Part shown: in pieces, positions 24,727 through 35,936 of the stretch
Position numbering within the stretch: the first letter of the stretch is position 1
Layout of the letters: every line of letters begins with the position of its first letter
Origin: Azolla caroliniana
Taxonomy: Eukaryota; Plantae; Polypodiophyta
Direction of reading: 5' to 3'
Assembly: GCA_043228905.1 (NCBI GenBank)
Contig: JBHGNT010000014.1
Location: 12,214,001-12,278,000 of the forward strand
Length of the DNA: 64,000 nucleotides
Program-made: the position numbers and the translations under genes
Notes under the pieces: generated by a model
Told to the model about the DNA's origin: nothing
The model's input: the letters and a program-made list of their open reading frames with translations, nothing else
The model's database searches: none

Positions 24727-26540
24727 CAGGGATACGTGTGAAAGTGAGTAGTGACTCTTGATGTTCAAGAACTTTACCAATGAATGTTGCAATTGAGAGT
24801 GCACATTGTGATTGTGAGAGAAATTTGTGCAAGGATTGGGCTCGGTCAAAGAGATGTGGAAAGCATGGTTGAATATGATTAAAGGCAGAGAGAGCATTGT
24901 ATCAAAGTGTGATACTCAGACTCGTGAACTTGTTTAGGGAAAATGCGCATATCCGACCACTCTCATCACTTGTGACCCAACACCCTGTCTCACATCGCAA
25001 TGCATGGGAGCTAAGTCGCATGGAAGCAATGGTTCGAATGGCAGATAACGAGATGGGGTCTAACTTGTATCGATGTGTACGGTTTCCCCGTTCCACAAAG
25101 AATATGGTTTTGTAGTTAGGTGCAACATGTGTAGTATAGTGTGTGAAGTGCGAGCCTCCACATTTGTCCCATATCATGATACATTGGTGTTGCAAAAAGG
25201 CCTCATTTATAGAGGAATCTAGTGATGCATCATGGAGCAAATGTCTCGCATCCCATCTACCAAATCCTTTTTCTATATCTTGCATCCAACCAGAACACAA
25301 AATTTTGGTTTTATGCGTCTTTTGGATCTTTTTTCTTACTTCCCCATGCAATTCTAGGAAGTCGATGTGAGGGACATTTTTGAACCGTAAGAATGTATTC
25401 AACAACCCTTTCCATGGCCATGATCTCAATGGGAAGAGATCCTGTCTCAAGGAGGAGGAGGGTGTAGGGCATTTGTTTCTTAACTTGTAGAAACTTTGTA
25501 AGAAATTTTTTTTGGACATTTTCAAACTCTTTCCACGTAGATTTAGGGATGCTACCGCCCCATATTTCCACCCCATAGCGAAGAACCGGTGTCACCAAAG
25601 TGTCAAAAAGATATTTCTTAAGGACCCAACACTTAATATCTCTAAGATTGCATGTGTTCTCAAAGGCATAGTATGCTCACTTACCCCCCTCTAAGCGGCA
25701 TGTAGCACATTCATTCCATCTATGATTTGAAGGAACGTCAAGGCCAAGATATTTGAAGCTTTCCACACATTCAAGTGGCTCATTGTTGTACATAATGCAT
25801 GGCTTATCTCTTTTTTGGCTCTTCACAAGCATATCTTTGTTTTAGAGCTATTGAGACTTAATTTGGTATGCATGCAAATTTTTTCCAATGCCTTCATAAG
25901 CTTTTGTGCATCTCCTAAAGTATTTGCAAAAAGCACTACATCATTTGCATATAGCAAAAGCATAATGACAACATTCCCAATGACAACTTCTTGAACACAT
26001 TCTTCCTTTGCAACATCCTTGCTTAACACCAATAGTGTTATTGAAATTTTTTGAAAGTCTATCTCTCATACACACGCAACATATAACCTTCTCATAAATT
26101 CGGGAAATTGCAAGCATATATTCACTTGGCTCCTCAAGTTCTTCCATTCGCCTCCAAAGATGCTCACGAGGTACCATATCAAAAGCTTTCTTGAAGTCTA
26201 CAAAGAAACAATATAAACCTTTACCTCTAAGGCAACTTTCCTCCATTAATACTCGAAGGGTGACAAGGTGATCAATGGTGCTATGGTGTTTTCAATAGCC
26301 AGCTTGTCCGTAAGCTCTCTTACCATTTTTTTCAGCCCATACACTTATCTTTGATTCCATTATACATCCAAATAGGTTTGCCATTAATGAGCCAACCATG
26401 ATGGTTCGATAGTTGTTTACATTATTTACATCTCCACCTTTATGTAAAGGTTTGATCCAATTTGTAGTCCAATCATACGGCATACCATGTTGCAATGCAT
26501 CATTAAACATATCGCTTATCCATACATATGCTTCCTTTGA
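24727..26540 (-). mobile_element. RTE/RTEX-like LINE, 5'-truncated and decayed; 3' end probably continues at 16420-16481
   Basis: NNYRTI, FVDFKKAFDMVPR, GVKQGC, LLYANDVVL, NSSKTK, YGVEIWG, RLSSHALRCETG motifs in 24902-26540. Confidence 0.85.
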
Positions 26541-28177
26541 GAGATACAAGAAGCTTGTATCTATTGTAACCGCCTGTTGGTGAAGAGTTGGAGCAAAAGG
26601 TTGTTGCCTTTGTGTCTTCATTGTATCCTACCTCTCTTCCGTAGTGATCCAGTTTGGAGTCAGTGGACTTCCGTGGTTTTGCCTCTCGAGGTTTTCCACG
26701 TTAACATATTGTGTCGCCTCATTCTTGTGTAAGTGTATCAATGTCTAATTTTCTATTTTGTCTCTTCCACTGTTCGTTTGGAACTCGGTTGTGGCTGAGG
26801 GAGATTCCTCACAAATTGGTATCAGAGTGAAGTTGTAAATTTAAAAGAAAATGGAAGACTCGTTAGGAGGCATGTTCAAGCTCATCGGCTCCAACTACTC
26901 AGTTTGGAAGTCGAAGATGAGGGACATGTTGGTGGTTAAAGATCTATGGCTGCCGGTACAGTTTGGAGACAAAAGATCGGACAAGATTGATGTCGCGACA
27001 TGGGAGGTAATGCATATGAAGATGACGACATACATAAGATGCTTTGTCAACATGAGACTGTACAATAACTTCAACGAAGAGAACAAGGCCGATGTCCTCT
27101 GGGAGAAGATCAACATTCTGTTAGATAACCAAAATGTTGTGAATTGAATTTCAGTATTCCAGAAAATAGTGAGGCTCACATATCAGGATGTGCCAGTATG
27201 GTAGAGCATATGAATGATTTGCAAGGGCTAATAAACTAGACTACATCGCTCGAAGTATCGCTAGCCGAAGAGGTATTGGCTTTGTTGTTGCTCGGATCCC
27301 TTTCGGATAGCTAGGAGACGTTGGTTGTCACGTTGGGCAATGCCAGACTGGAAGGGAAGAACTTATCCTTGGCAAGACTAAAATTGAGCTTGTTGAATGA
27401 GGAAGCTCGCCAAAAGGACCGAGAGTCTAGAACCGACCCGAAGGCTGTAGTTGTGGAAAACGACTCAAATCAAGGAAGAGGCCATAATAGAAGTCCTCAA
27501 AACTGGGACAAGTCGGGGACAAGGTCAATGTTGAGGGGGAAGCCCACTTGTTTCTATTGAAGGAAACCGGGGCATGTCCAAAAGAACTGCAGACACTTCC
27601 GAAAAGCCAAAAGGGGAGCCGATAGTCCCGAACTGACGAAGATTTCGTAAAGAAGAGGAACATTGGCAATCCCGGCAAGTGAAGAGGAACTACTGCTCAT
27701 CACTGAGGGGAATGAGCTACACCTTGTCAACGACAAAATGATGTGGGTGGTCGACTCCAGAGTCGTTCCATCTGACCCCCGACCGGAAGTGCTTCTCATC
27801 CTACAGAGCCGGAGATCATGGTTGTGTAAGGATGGGGAATGAAGGAGCATGCCGAATTGTCAGCATAGGAGATGTGTGGTTGATAATGTCAACCGGGTGC
27901 AAACTATTGTTGAAAGATGTCTAACACGTTCCGGAGGTTCGATTGAACCTGATATCAACCAGTTTGTTGGATGATGAAGGCTTCATGGCTAGCATCCGGA
28001 GTGGCACAATGAAGTTTTACAAAGAAAGCCTGATCATGGCCTGAGCCGGGAAGATCAACACATTATACCTGATGCATGCCCGGATATGCCAGGAAGAAAT
28101 GAACATAGCATCCAACATTGCCGAGGAGTTGTGGCACAAGAGGTTGTGTCACATGAGCCAAAAGGGGATGAGGAAAT
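26540..28177 (+). mobile_element. Ty1/copia element 5' part (Tnt1/Tork-like): LTR, PBS, gag, protease, GAG-pre-integrase
   Basis: LTR ends CTCACA at 26813; PBS TGGTATCAGAG 26817-26827 (tRNA-iMet); gag NYSVWKSKMRDML (26851), decayed knuckle, WVVDS protease, LWHKRLCHMS; cut at 28177. LTR left end uncertain. Confidence 0.85.
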
Positions 28178-28735
28178 TGTTGGAAGTCAAACCTTGTAGT
28201 TCGTAAGAAAGTTCGACTGAAAATACACAACAATACGAAAAACGAAAAACAACAGAATGCATGGTACACAGTGTTTAACGTGGAAACCCGAAATGTGGAA
28301 AACCAAGGGAGAAACAAAGATCCACTATACATGAGAATACAGAGATTAGGTTACACTCTTCTATGATCTACACAGAGGATAACACGTAGTTGGGTTCTTA
28401 GCAAGTTCCTTGAACTTTTTTGCCCGCTTGCTCTCGCTCTCACACTATATTACTCTATGTTTGCCCTAATTGTATTTATACTTATACACTATACGGGCTA
28501 TTTACAAATGTAGCCATTGCTACTATTATTCCTATTATAGCGATAATAGTTAATCGGCCAACTCCGTGTCAACTGTCCAATCGGCCCGACTGGTCGGCCT
28601 TATCTTCGATCATCTGATCGGCCCAACTAGTCGATCATGTCTTCGACCTGGATCACTTTGTGTACTATCAACTCCCCTTTGTCTTTGACTGTCAACTCTC
28701 ATCCCAACTAGTTGTCTCCTCCCATAGGATGGACA
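28178..28735 (-). mobile_element. Copia-type LTR, truncated at the right end
   Basis: Begins TGTTGGAAGTCAAACC like 12930 TGTTGAGAGTCAAACC; collinear with the 12930-13553 LTR up to CTCCTCCCATAGGA; lacks the last ~12 bp. Confidence 0.8.
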
Positions 28736-31700
28736 AAGTCAGAGATAAAGACTGTATATTACATTAACCAAAATACTTCCAACAGTAACTAAGTTAGAAG
28801 GGGTTGGTTTAAATACCAACTAAACTACGGCAAGTGCCCTTTCTACTATTTACAAAACTAGCCTGGTATGACCATGAGCTAGTGTGAAACCTATTACTAT
28901 GGGAAGTTGAGTTCGACTCTCAACACGCCCCTTCGAACACAACTTCCATTTGTCGAAAAGTTTGTTTCGGTTCGGTCTTCGGAATCCGGCTTCCAATGTC
29001 GTGAGGATTTTCGGTCATGGTGAGAAAACCCGAGCGGGAGGAATAAAACAAGATGTGCAACATTGCACGTGAACTTAGGAAATTTGTAACATAGGAATAA
29101 TAGACAAATGTAAGGAGGAAAAGTAAGATGTAAAGGTATAAAGGTGATGTGCACTTTGTAGACTAGAGTGAGGCACATGAAGTATGGGTGTAGGGAGTAG
29201 TGGGCATTGAGTATGTCGGTTAGAGGAGAGGGAGTTAAGACCCATCCATCTCACCTCCTAAGATTAAGGTCAAATACTCTCCTTTGAAAGAAAGGGGATT
29301 TGACCACTCCTTTTTGTAATGTGCCTCACCCCTTACTACTATAAAAGGGAGTGAGGGGTCACTTTTTAGGGGCTTCACTTTTGGGTTTTCTTTGGGGAGT
29401 GGCCATTTTGTCGTTAGAGGTAGTAGACCATTAGGATTTTCTTCATCATCTTTTCCCCGATTTCGTTTTAGGGTTACGGTTTTAGGTTCCCCTTTCATAT
29501 CATTTCCCTTCTCTCGATTAGGGTTTAGTTCTTCTTCCTATTCGCTTGGGTTTTCTTCTATTTGTGCTTGAGTCTGGCTTATGGCCGCGGTTGTAATCAT
29601 ATCATGGCTTTCATGCCTTATAGTGTAATTTGCTTGTTTAACCTTGTCTTCATCTATTTCTCTATCATGTTAATCTCTTCTTCTTTCTCCTCCCCTTTTG
29701 AGCTCGAAGGCCGTAAGGGATAAGCTCCCATTTCCCCTCTATTCCCTAGTCCAAGACCCCCGGGGTCCTGGCCAAGTCGACACTTACTCGCGGATTTCTG
29801 CGACACCGTTCGTAATCCTCGAACTGGATTGTTCGGCTTTTCGTACTTCGTCCTCGGTTCGATTAACTACGGGTTGCGTACTCACATATTGTTCCATGTT
29901 GCGTACTCAATCAATTGCGTATAGTGCGAGTGTCGCTCGCAGTACTCCCCCTCAAGCTCGACAATGTGGATGTCGTGAGACCAAGATCTAATGCGAATTG
30001 CCCGAGCTTTTCGACTCCTAAGTCCTTCGTAAAGATGTCAGCAGCCTGGAGGTGCGTACTGATATGTTGTAGATCGATTTCGCCAGCCTGTACGCGCTTG
30101 CAGATGAAGTGGTAGTGCACTTCGATATGCTTAGTACGCGCGTGAAAGACGGGGTTCCGAGCAAGGTAGATGTTGCTCATGTTGTCGCAAAGGAGGCGAA
30201 TTGGATCAATAATGAGAATGCCCAGATCCTTCAGTATGCGCTTGAGCCATACGGCTTCGCATGTGGCGATTGCCGCGCCCTTGTATTCGGCTTCCATGCT
30301 CAACAGTGCGACTGTCGGCTGCTTCTTACTGCTCCAGGAGATCGCTCCGTTGTCGAGGGAGAAGACAAATCCGGATGTGGATCGTCTATCCACTTTGTAG
30401 CCTACCCAGTTCGCGTCTATGTATCCTTCGAGTCGAATGGTCGTATTTGAATTATACATAATGCCGTAATCCATCATCGTACTGACATACCAGAGTATCC
30501 TCTTAGGGCAATTGAGATGAAAGTTTCGCGGATTCTGCATGAATTGACTAAGTAGACTAACTGAATAACTGAGGTCGGGTCATGTAATGGTGAGATAGAT
30601 TAAGTTGTCGATCAGTTGACGACACTAAGTTGACTCGCACTCGGTCGTGCCGGAATTGGCATCAATCTTGAGATTATGATCGAGAGGGGTAGACATAGGT
30701 TTGTACTCGGTCATTCCGAACTTGTACAGAAGATTGAGAATGTAGTGCCATTGAGAAATAATTATTCCGACTGGTGTCCGAATTACTTCAATGCCAAGGA
30801 AGTAATGGAGCTCGTGCAGGTCTTTCATTTCGAATCTGCCTGTAAGAAGTGATTTGACCTCGTTAATCTCAACAAGATCCTTTCCTCTGATGACCAAATC
30901 ATCCACGTAAATGATGATGACAATCGGGCTATCCGACTCATTTCAGATGTATAGAGAAGTACCAGATTTTTACATTCGAATCCGATCTAATGAAGATATT
31001 GCGTGATCTTCGAGTGCTACGCACGTGGTGCTTGTTTGAGGCCATAGAGTGGCTTCTTGAGGCGGCATACGGCGTGCGAATGACTACACGATTCAAATCC
31101 GGGTGGTTGAATCATATATACTTCCTCTTCTAATTCTCCTTAGAGGAAGGCATTTTTCACGTCCATCTGGTGGAGGTGCAACCCTTTTGCTGCTGCATGA
31201 GCAATTATGGTTCGCATGGTGGTCACCTTTGCCACCAGGGCAAAGGTCTCTTCATAGTCAACTCCGTGCGTTTATTTGTATCCTTTCATAATGAGCCCTG
31301 CTTTGAAGCGATTTATGGAGCCGTCGGCATTGTGTTTTACTTTGTAAATCCATCGACAACCAATCGCTTTCTTGTGCGATGTGTGAGGGACAAGATCCCA
31401 TGTCTCGTATTTGCATAATGCTTCCATTTCCTCATTCATCGCATCAACCCATCGCGGATCCATTACGGCTTCGGAAAGCGTCTCTGGCTCCCATACTGAC
31501 GCCACCTTCATCATGAAGGTGTAATGGTGCGCCATATAATCGTTGAAGCCGAAACGGCTTATGGGGTTCTTTTCATGGGTCAATCGGCGGAGTTTCTTGT
31601 TTGTGGAGACTAAGGCTTTCTTCGCTCCATCTGTCCGGATGATTGGGATGTCCAGGCCTTCGAACTCACTGTCGAGGGAGTGAGTCGACGCATTGTCGAT

Positions 31701-33082
31701 TGGATCTTCGTATTCAGACATCTTGGCCTTCCCTTTGTCAATTTCAAACTCAGTCGAAATATGATTTGGTCACTCGGGGGTTGCCGTGGTCCACTAAGCC
31801 GTGTCGTAATCGGGCTTTCTTCGAACATGCGTGTGAGCCGATCTTCGTCTTCTATCTCCATTTCGGCGGATTTCAGGTCGAGTAGAGTCAGAGTCGAAGT
31901 TGTTTCTGGTGTGTACCAAGATGTGGACTCGTCGAAGATTACGTCTCGACTTGTTCGAGCTTTTCGGGTAGATGGGTTGTAGCATTTGTACCCCTTCTGT
32001 TCGAGTGAGTATCCTACGAGGATACATTTCTCCGACTTCGGGTCGAACTTTTGTTGTGTATCATCGGGAATATGTACGTAGGGGATAGAGCCGAAAATGC
32101 GGACATGTGATAAGTTCGGTTTCTTTCCAAAGAACTTCGCATGAGGAGTTACGTCGTGTACTCCTGAGGTTGTGCACCTATTCATGAGGTATACGACCGT
32201 GTTCGCCGCTTCTGCCCAGTACAATTTCGGCAAGTTCTTCTCATTCATCATAGCCCATGCGACTTCTACTATGTGCCGGTTTTAACGTTCAGCTACGCCG
32301 TTCTGCTGAGGTTTGTAACGGCATGAGAATTCTCGTCGGATTCCTTCCTTTCGGAGATACGCCGTAAACTCATCCGAAAAGTATTCTTTGCCTCCATCTG
32401 ATCGAAGGCAGCATACTTGCCGACCCGTACTTTTTTCGACTTCGGCCTTGAACCTCTCTGGAACTGTCTGAACACTTCGCTCTTCTGTCTCATCGGGTAG
32501 ATCCAGGTCTACCTAGAGAGATCGTCGATGAATGTGACGTAATATCGGCATCCACCGAGTGTGCTTATCTAGGCCGATCCCCATACATCTGAGTGTATGA
32601 CATCCAGGATCCCTTTGCTCACATTCCGCTCTTTCGGGAATGGATGGCACCGTTGCTTTTTGAATTGGCACGCTTCGCATACGCCCGTAATCTCCTTCGC
32701 AGTAAAGTTCGGGAGTCTGATTACGACTCCTTTCGATTGCATGTTCTGAAGCTTTTGGAGATTGATGTGACCAATTCTCTTGTGCCACAAGTTTAGGTCG
32801 GTTTCGACTTTGAGGCCCTTTGCAAACATGGCCGATTTTACCTCATTCGATTCGGGGACAAACATACGGCCTTCACAACGTCCGTGAGCTACAACTTGAT
32901 CTCCTCTTTCGATAAAGCACACCCATCATTGTTGAATCGTACCTGCATTCCTTGTTCAACAATCTGGCCGACCGAGACCAGGTTTTTCGTGATGGTAGGG
33001 ACATACAGTACGTTCTTGAGATAGGTTTGTTTGCCGTTGTTTCCGAATGGGACGTTCCCAATATGCTATATTGGTTGAGTCG
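28736..33082 (-). mobile_element. Ty1/copia element (same family as 43546-49994), truncated at both ends
   Basis: Integrase, RT and RNase H ORFs (29911-32922) closely match those at 46200-49696; PPT AAGGGGCG next to LTR start at 28925; partial 3' LTR 28736-28925; gag and 5' LTR missing. Confidence 0.9.
28997..29805 (+). mobile_element. Solo LTR of the Trp-primed gypsy group, no TSD
   Basis: TGTCGTGAGGATTTTC...GGATTTCTGCGACA termini as in 56264-57060; TATAAAA box ~29340; flanks TCCAA/CCGTT do not match. Confidence 0.8.
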
Positions 33083-33284
33083 TGTCATGATATGGAAGAC
33101 TTGAACCCATGACATTATGTTACATGGGTCGAGCTCTTGACCATTAGACTATATATTGTAATACGAAGGGTATTATTTTCATTTAAGTTTTACTATAGAA
33201 AATTGATGTATATTCCAGATTTCTCTAGAACATTCTAGAAACTTTAGGAGTACTCTTGAGAACACTATAAGAGGCACAAGGCAT

Positions 33285-34307
33285 TAGAGTACGGAAAATT
33301 CGTGTTCGTCTGCCATATCATTCGTTTTCCTACGTTGGAAAACGAACACGAATGATATTCAAATATTCGTGTGTTTTTTTTTCCGCTTTTTTTGTTTTTT
33401 CCCTTTTTTCCCTTTTTTTTTTGTTTTTTCCCTCTTTTCCCCCTTTTCCTCTACACATCAACATAACGTTACACTCTCCTCTCCTCTCCCACCTAGCCTC
33501 GAACGATTTGTTGCTTGAACGATCTGCATACCAACGAGATTCAGGTATATTTAGGGTTAATAATAGGGTTTAAAGTTGTTTAAACTTTAGGTCATAGTAT
33601 GTGCTATGTAGTATAGAAATTTCAGTAATTTTTCAACAATTTCTGTAATTGTTTTGTAATTTCTCTGAAATTTCTGAAATTCCTAAAATTCCTAAAATTT
33701 CTGAAATTTCTTTGTAATTTCTATAATTTCTGTAATCTCTTTGTAATTTCCGTAATTTCTGTATTTTCTGTAATGTCTTTGTAATTTCTATCATTTCTGT
33801 AATTTCTTTATAAGTTTTGAAATCTATATCATTTCTTTGTGATTTCTGTAATTTTTCTTTTATTTGTTCTATAATTTCTGTAATTTTTCTATAAAGCTTG
33901 TAATTGCTTTAATTTTTCTATAATTTCTATCATTTTGAAAATGAGAGCCTCACCAATGTGATGGCTTATCTTGATGATAATGCACAAGAAGAGTATGATG
34001 ATTTTGAAGATGATGATATCACCTTGAATAAAGAATAGGAATGTTCATTTTGATGTAACACCTCATTGAGAATGTTTTTGAAGACTAGGCATTTTGGATA
34101 GTTGTTATTAGAATTTACGAAAAAAAGCATATTGTTATTAAGAAGGTAATGTGTTTTTTTTTTGCAATTTTTAATAAAATTTTACCGTGAAAAAATATTT
34201 ACCTTATAGTAAATCATTTATCCAAAAGTATGGTATTTATCATTCTTCAAGGGTGTTTACCATTCTCGAACACGAATGCACGAATGGTACGTATGGTTCA
34301 TACTATG
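33285..34307. mobile_element. Non-autonomous hAT-like DNA transposon
   Basis: Perfect 8-bp TSD CAAGGCAT (33277-33284 / 34308-34315); degenerate TIRs TAGAGTACGGAA / CATAGTATGAAC; subterminal CGAACACGAAT motifs at both ends; internal AATTTCTGT repeats (33620-33930). Confidence 0.8.
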
Positions 34308-35351
34308 CAAGGCATTATTTCGAACCAAATCGGTTCAACTCTTTAGAGAAGCAGTAGACACAACAACAGCACAGGGAACGAGCTTTACGCGTGCAACAGC
34401 TCGAAGCGACCATAGTAGCAATGCAACAAGGACCTAGTACGCAAGGGGTTCATAAAGAACCCAAGATCGGCCTTCCCATGAAATTCGATGGAACGCAATC
34501 GTAGTTTAGAGAATTCCTTAATCAAGTACGATTAGTCATTCAAATGCATCCTTCCCGACATCCCACCAATGCATTACAAGCGAGTTTAGTAGGCACGTTG
34601 TTAAGTGGCTCAGCTTTGGCATGGTTCGCTTCGTTAGAAAAGGAATCTCCTTTACTAAACAATTTTGAAGAGTTTTTAAGCGAGTTTAAAGCCTGTTTTG
34701 GAGATACTAACAGCATAAGGACAGCAATCAACAAAATCTGAGGATTACATCAAGGTGATCGTCTAGCCTCCGCATACGCTGCTAATTTCCGCCTACTCGC
34801 CTCCATTATCCCCAGGGATGACCAAGCACTTATGGAGCAATTTCGTTATTGTCTACGTAACGATGTCAAGGATTTACTCTTGACCTTCCCTGAAGAACCA
34901 AAGTCATTGATAGAAGCAATCGGTCGCGCGTGAGATGCGACCACAGTCTTTTCGAACGATGTTCGGAATGTCAGTTCCAGATGCCAAGGGCAAGATCAGA
35001 GCCCACCTATGCCTCAGTGGTAGCAAAACCTTTTCCAAGGGAGTCATATAATGTGTCTCTAGTGAATACTCCAACTCCGACAAAAATTGACACTACACGT
35101 CGTCGCGGACCATTATCAAAAGAAGAAAAGCAACGACACCAAGCAAATCGACTATGTCTTTATTGTGGTGGACCAGGGCATATTGCAGTGAACTGTCCCC
35201 ATAGGCCAAGAAGACAGGTGAACCAAATAGTTGCTAGCTCTAATTGTACTAAACCCGAGTCTATTTCAGTAGGAATATCTTATAGTCCTAATAGTACTAA
35301 TAGCCCAAATATATTAAACAAATTTCATGTCCTTAGTCAATTAGAAGAAGA

Positions 35352-35403
35352 GTTAAACGGCTAAGTCCAGCCAAAATAGGAGTTGTTTGGTTGGACAACC
35401 CTA
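35352..35403 (+). promoter_or_regulatory. -1 programmed ribosomal frameshift signal between gag and pol
   Basis: G TTA AAC (35352-35358) in the gag frame, 6-nt spacer, stem GTCCAGCCAAA (35365-35375) / TTTGGTTGGAC (35386-35396); the -1 frame is open into the protease ORF at 35391. Confidence 0.75.
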
Positions 35404-35936
35404 GATCTGTGCAGCCCATTAGTGGTTCCATTCCCTCTAAGCAAGTTAGCAATGTGTTCTCAGCCCAAGTAACCGTTAGTACTAAAAGTACCTCTCTAGT
35501 ACATGTCTCAACACTCCTAGATTCTGAAGCTCATTCTTGCTTCATGGATAGGAATTTTTCCCAAGCTCATCAAATATCCCCAAGAAAACTCCCGTGTCCA
35601 GCCTCTGTAGTAGTCATTGATGGTCGACCCATTGCTTCCGGAAATATCATAGAAGAGTCAGAGCCCGTTAATATTGTCCTAGATAATTTAGCGTGTGTAG
35701 TATCCTTTAATATAATTAGCATCCCAGAACATCCCATTGTTTTGGGATTACCATGGTACGAATTACATAACCTAGACATAGATTGGAGAACAAGAGAAAT
35801 CCAGTATCGACAAACCCGAGGATCTACTGATAAGATTGCAACCATTTCGCTACATCAGTTGCGTGAGGAAGGACGCAAGGAAGAAATGTTTCTCTACGTA
35901 GTATCAGTAAAACCCTCCAACACCACTAAAGAGGAC

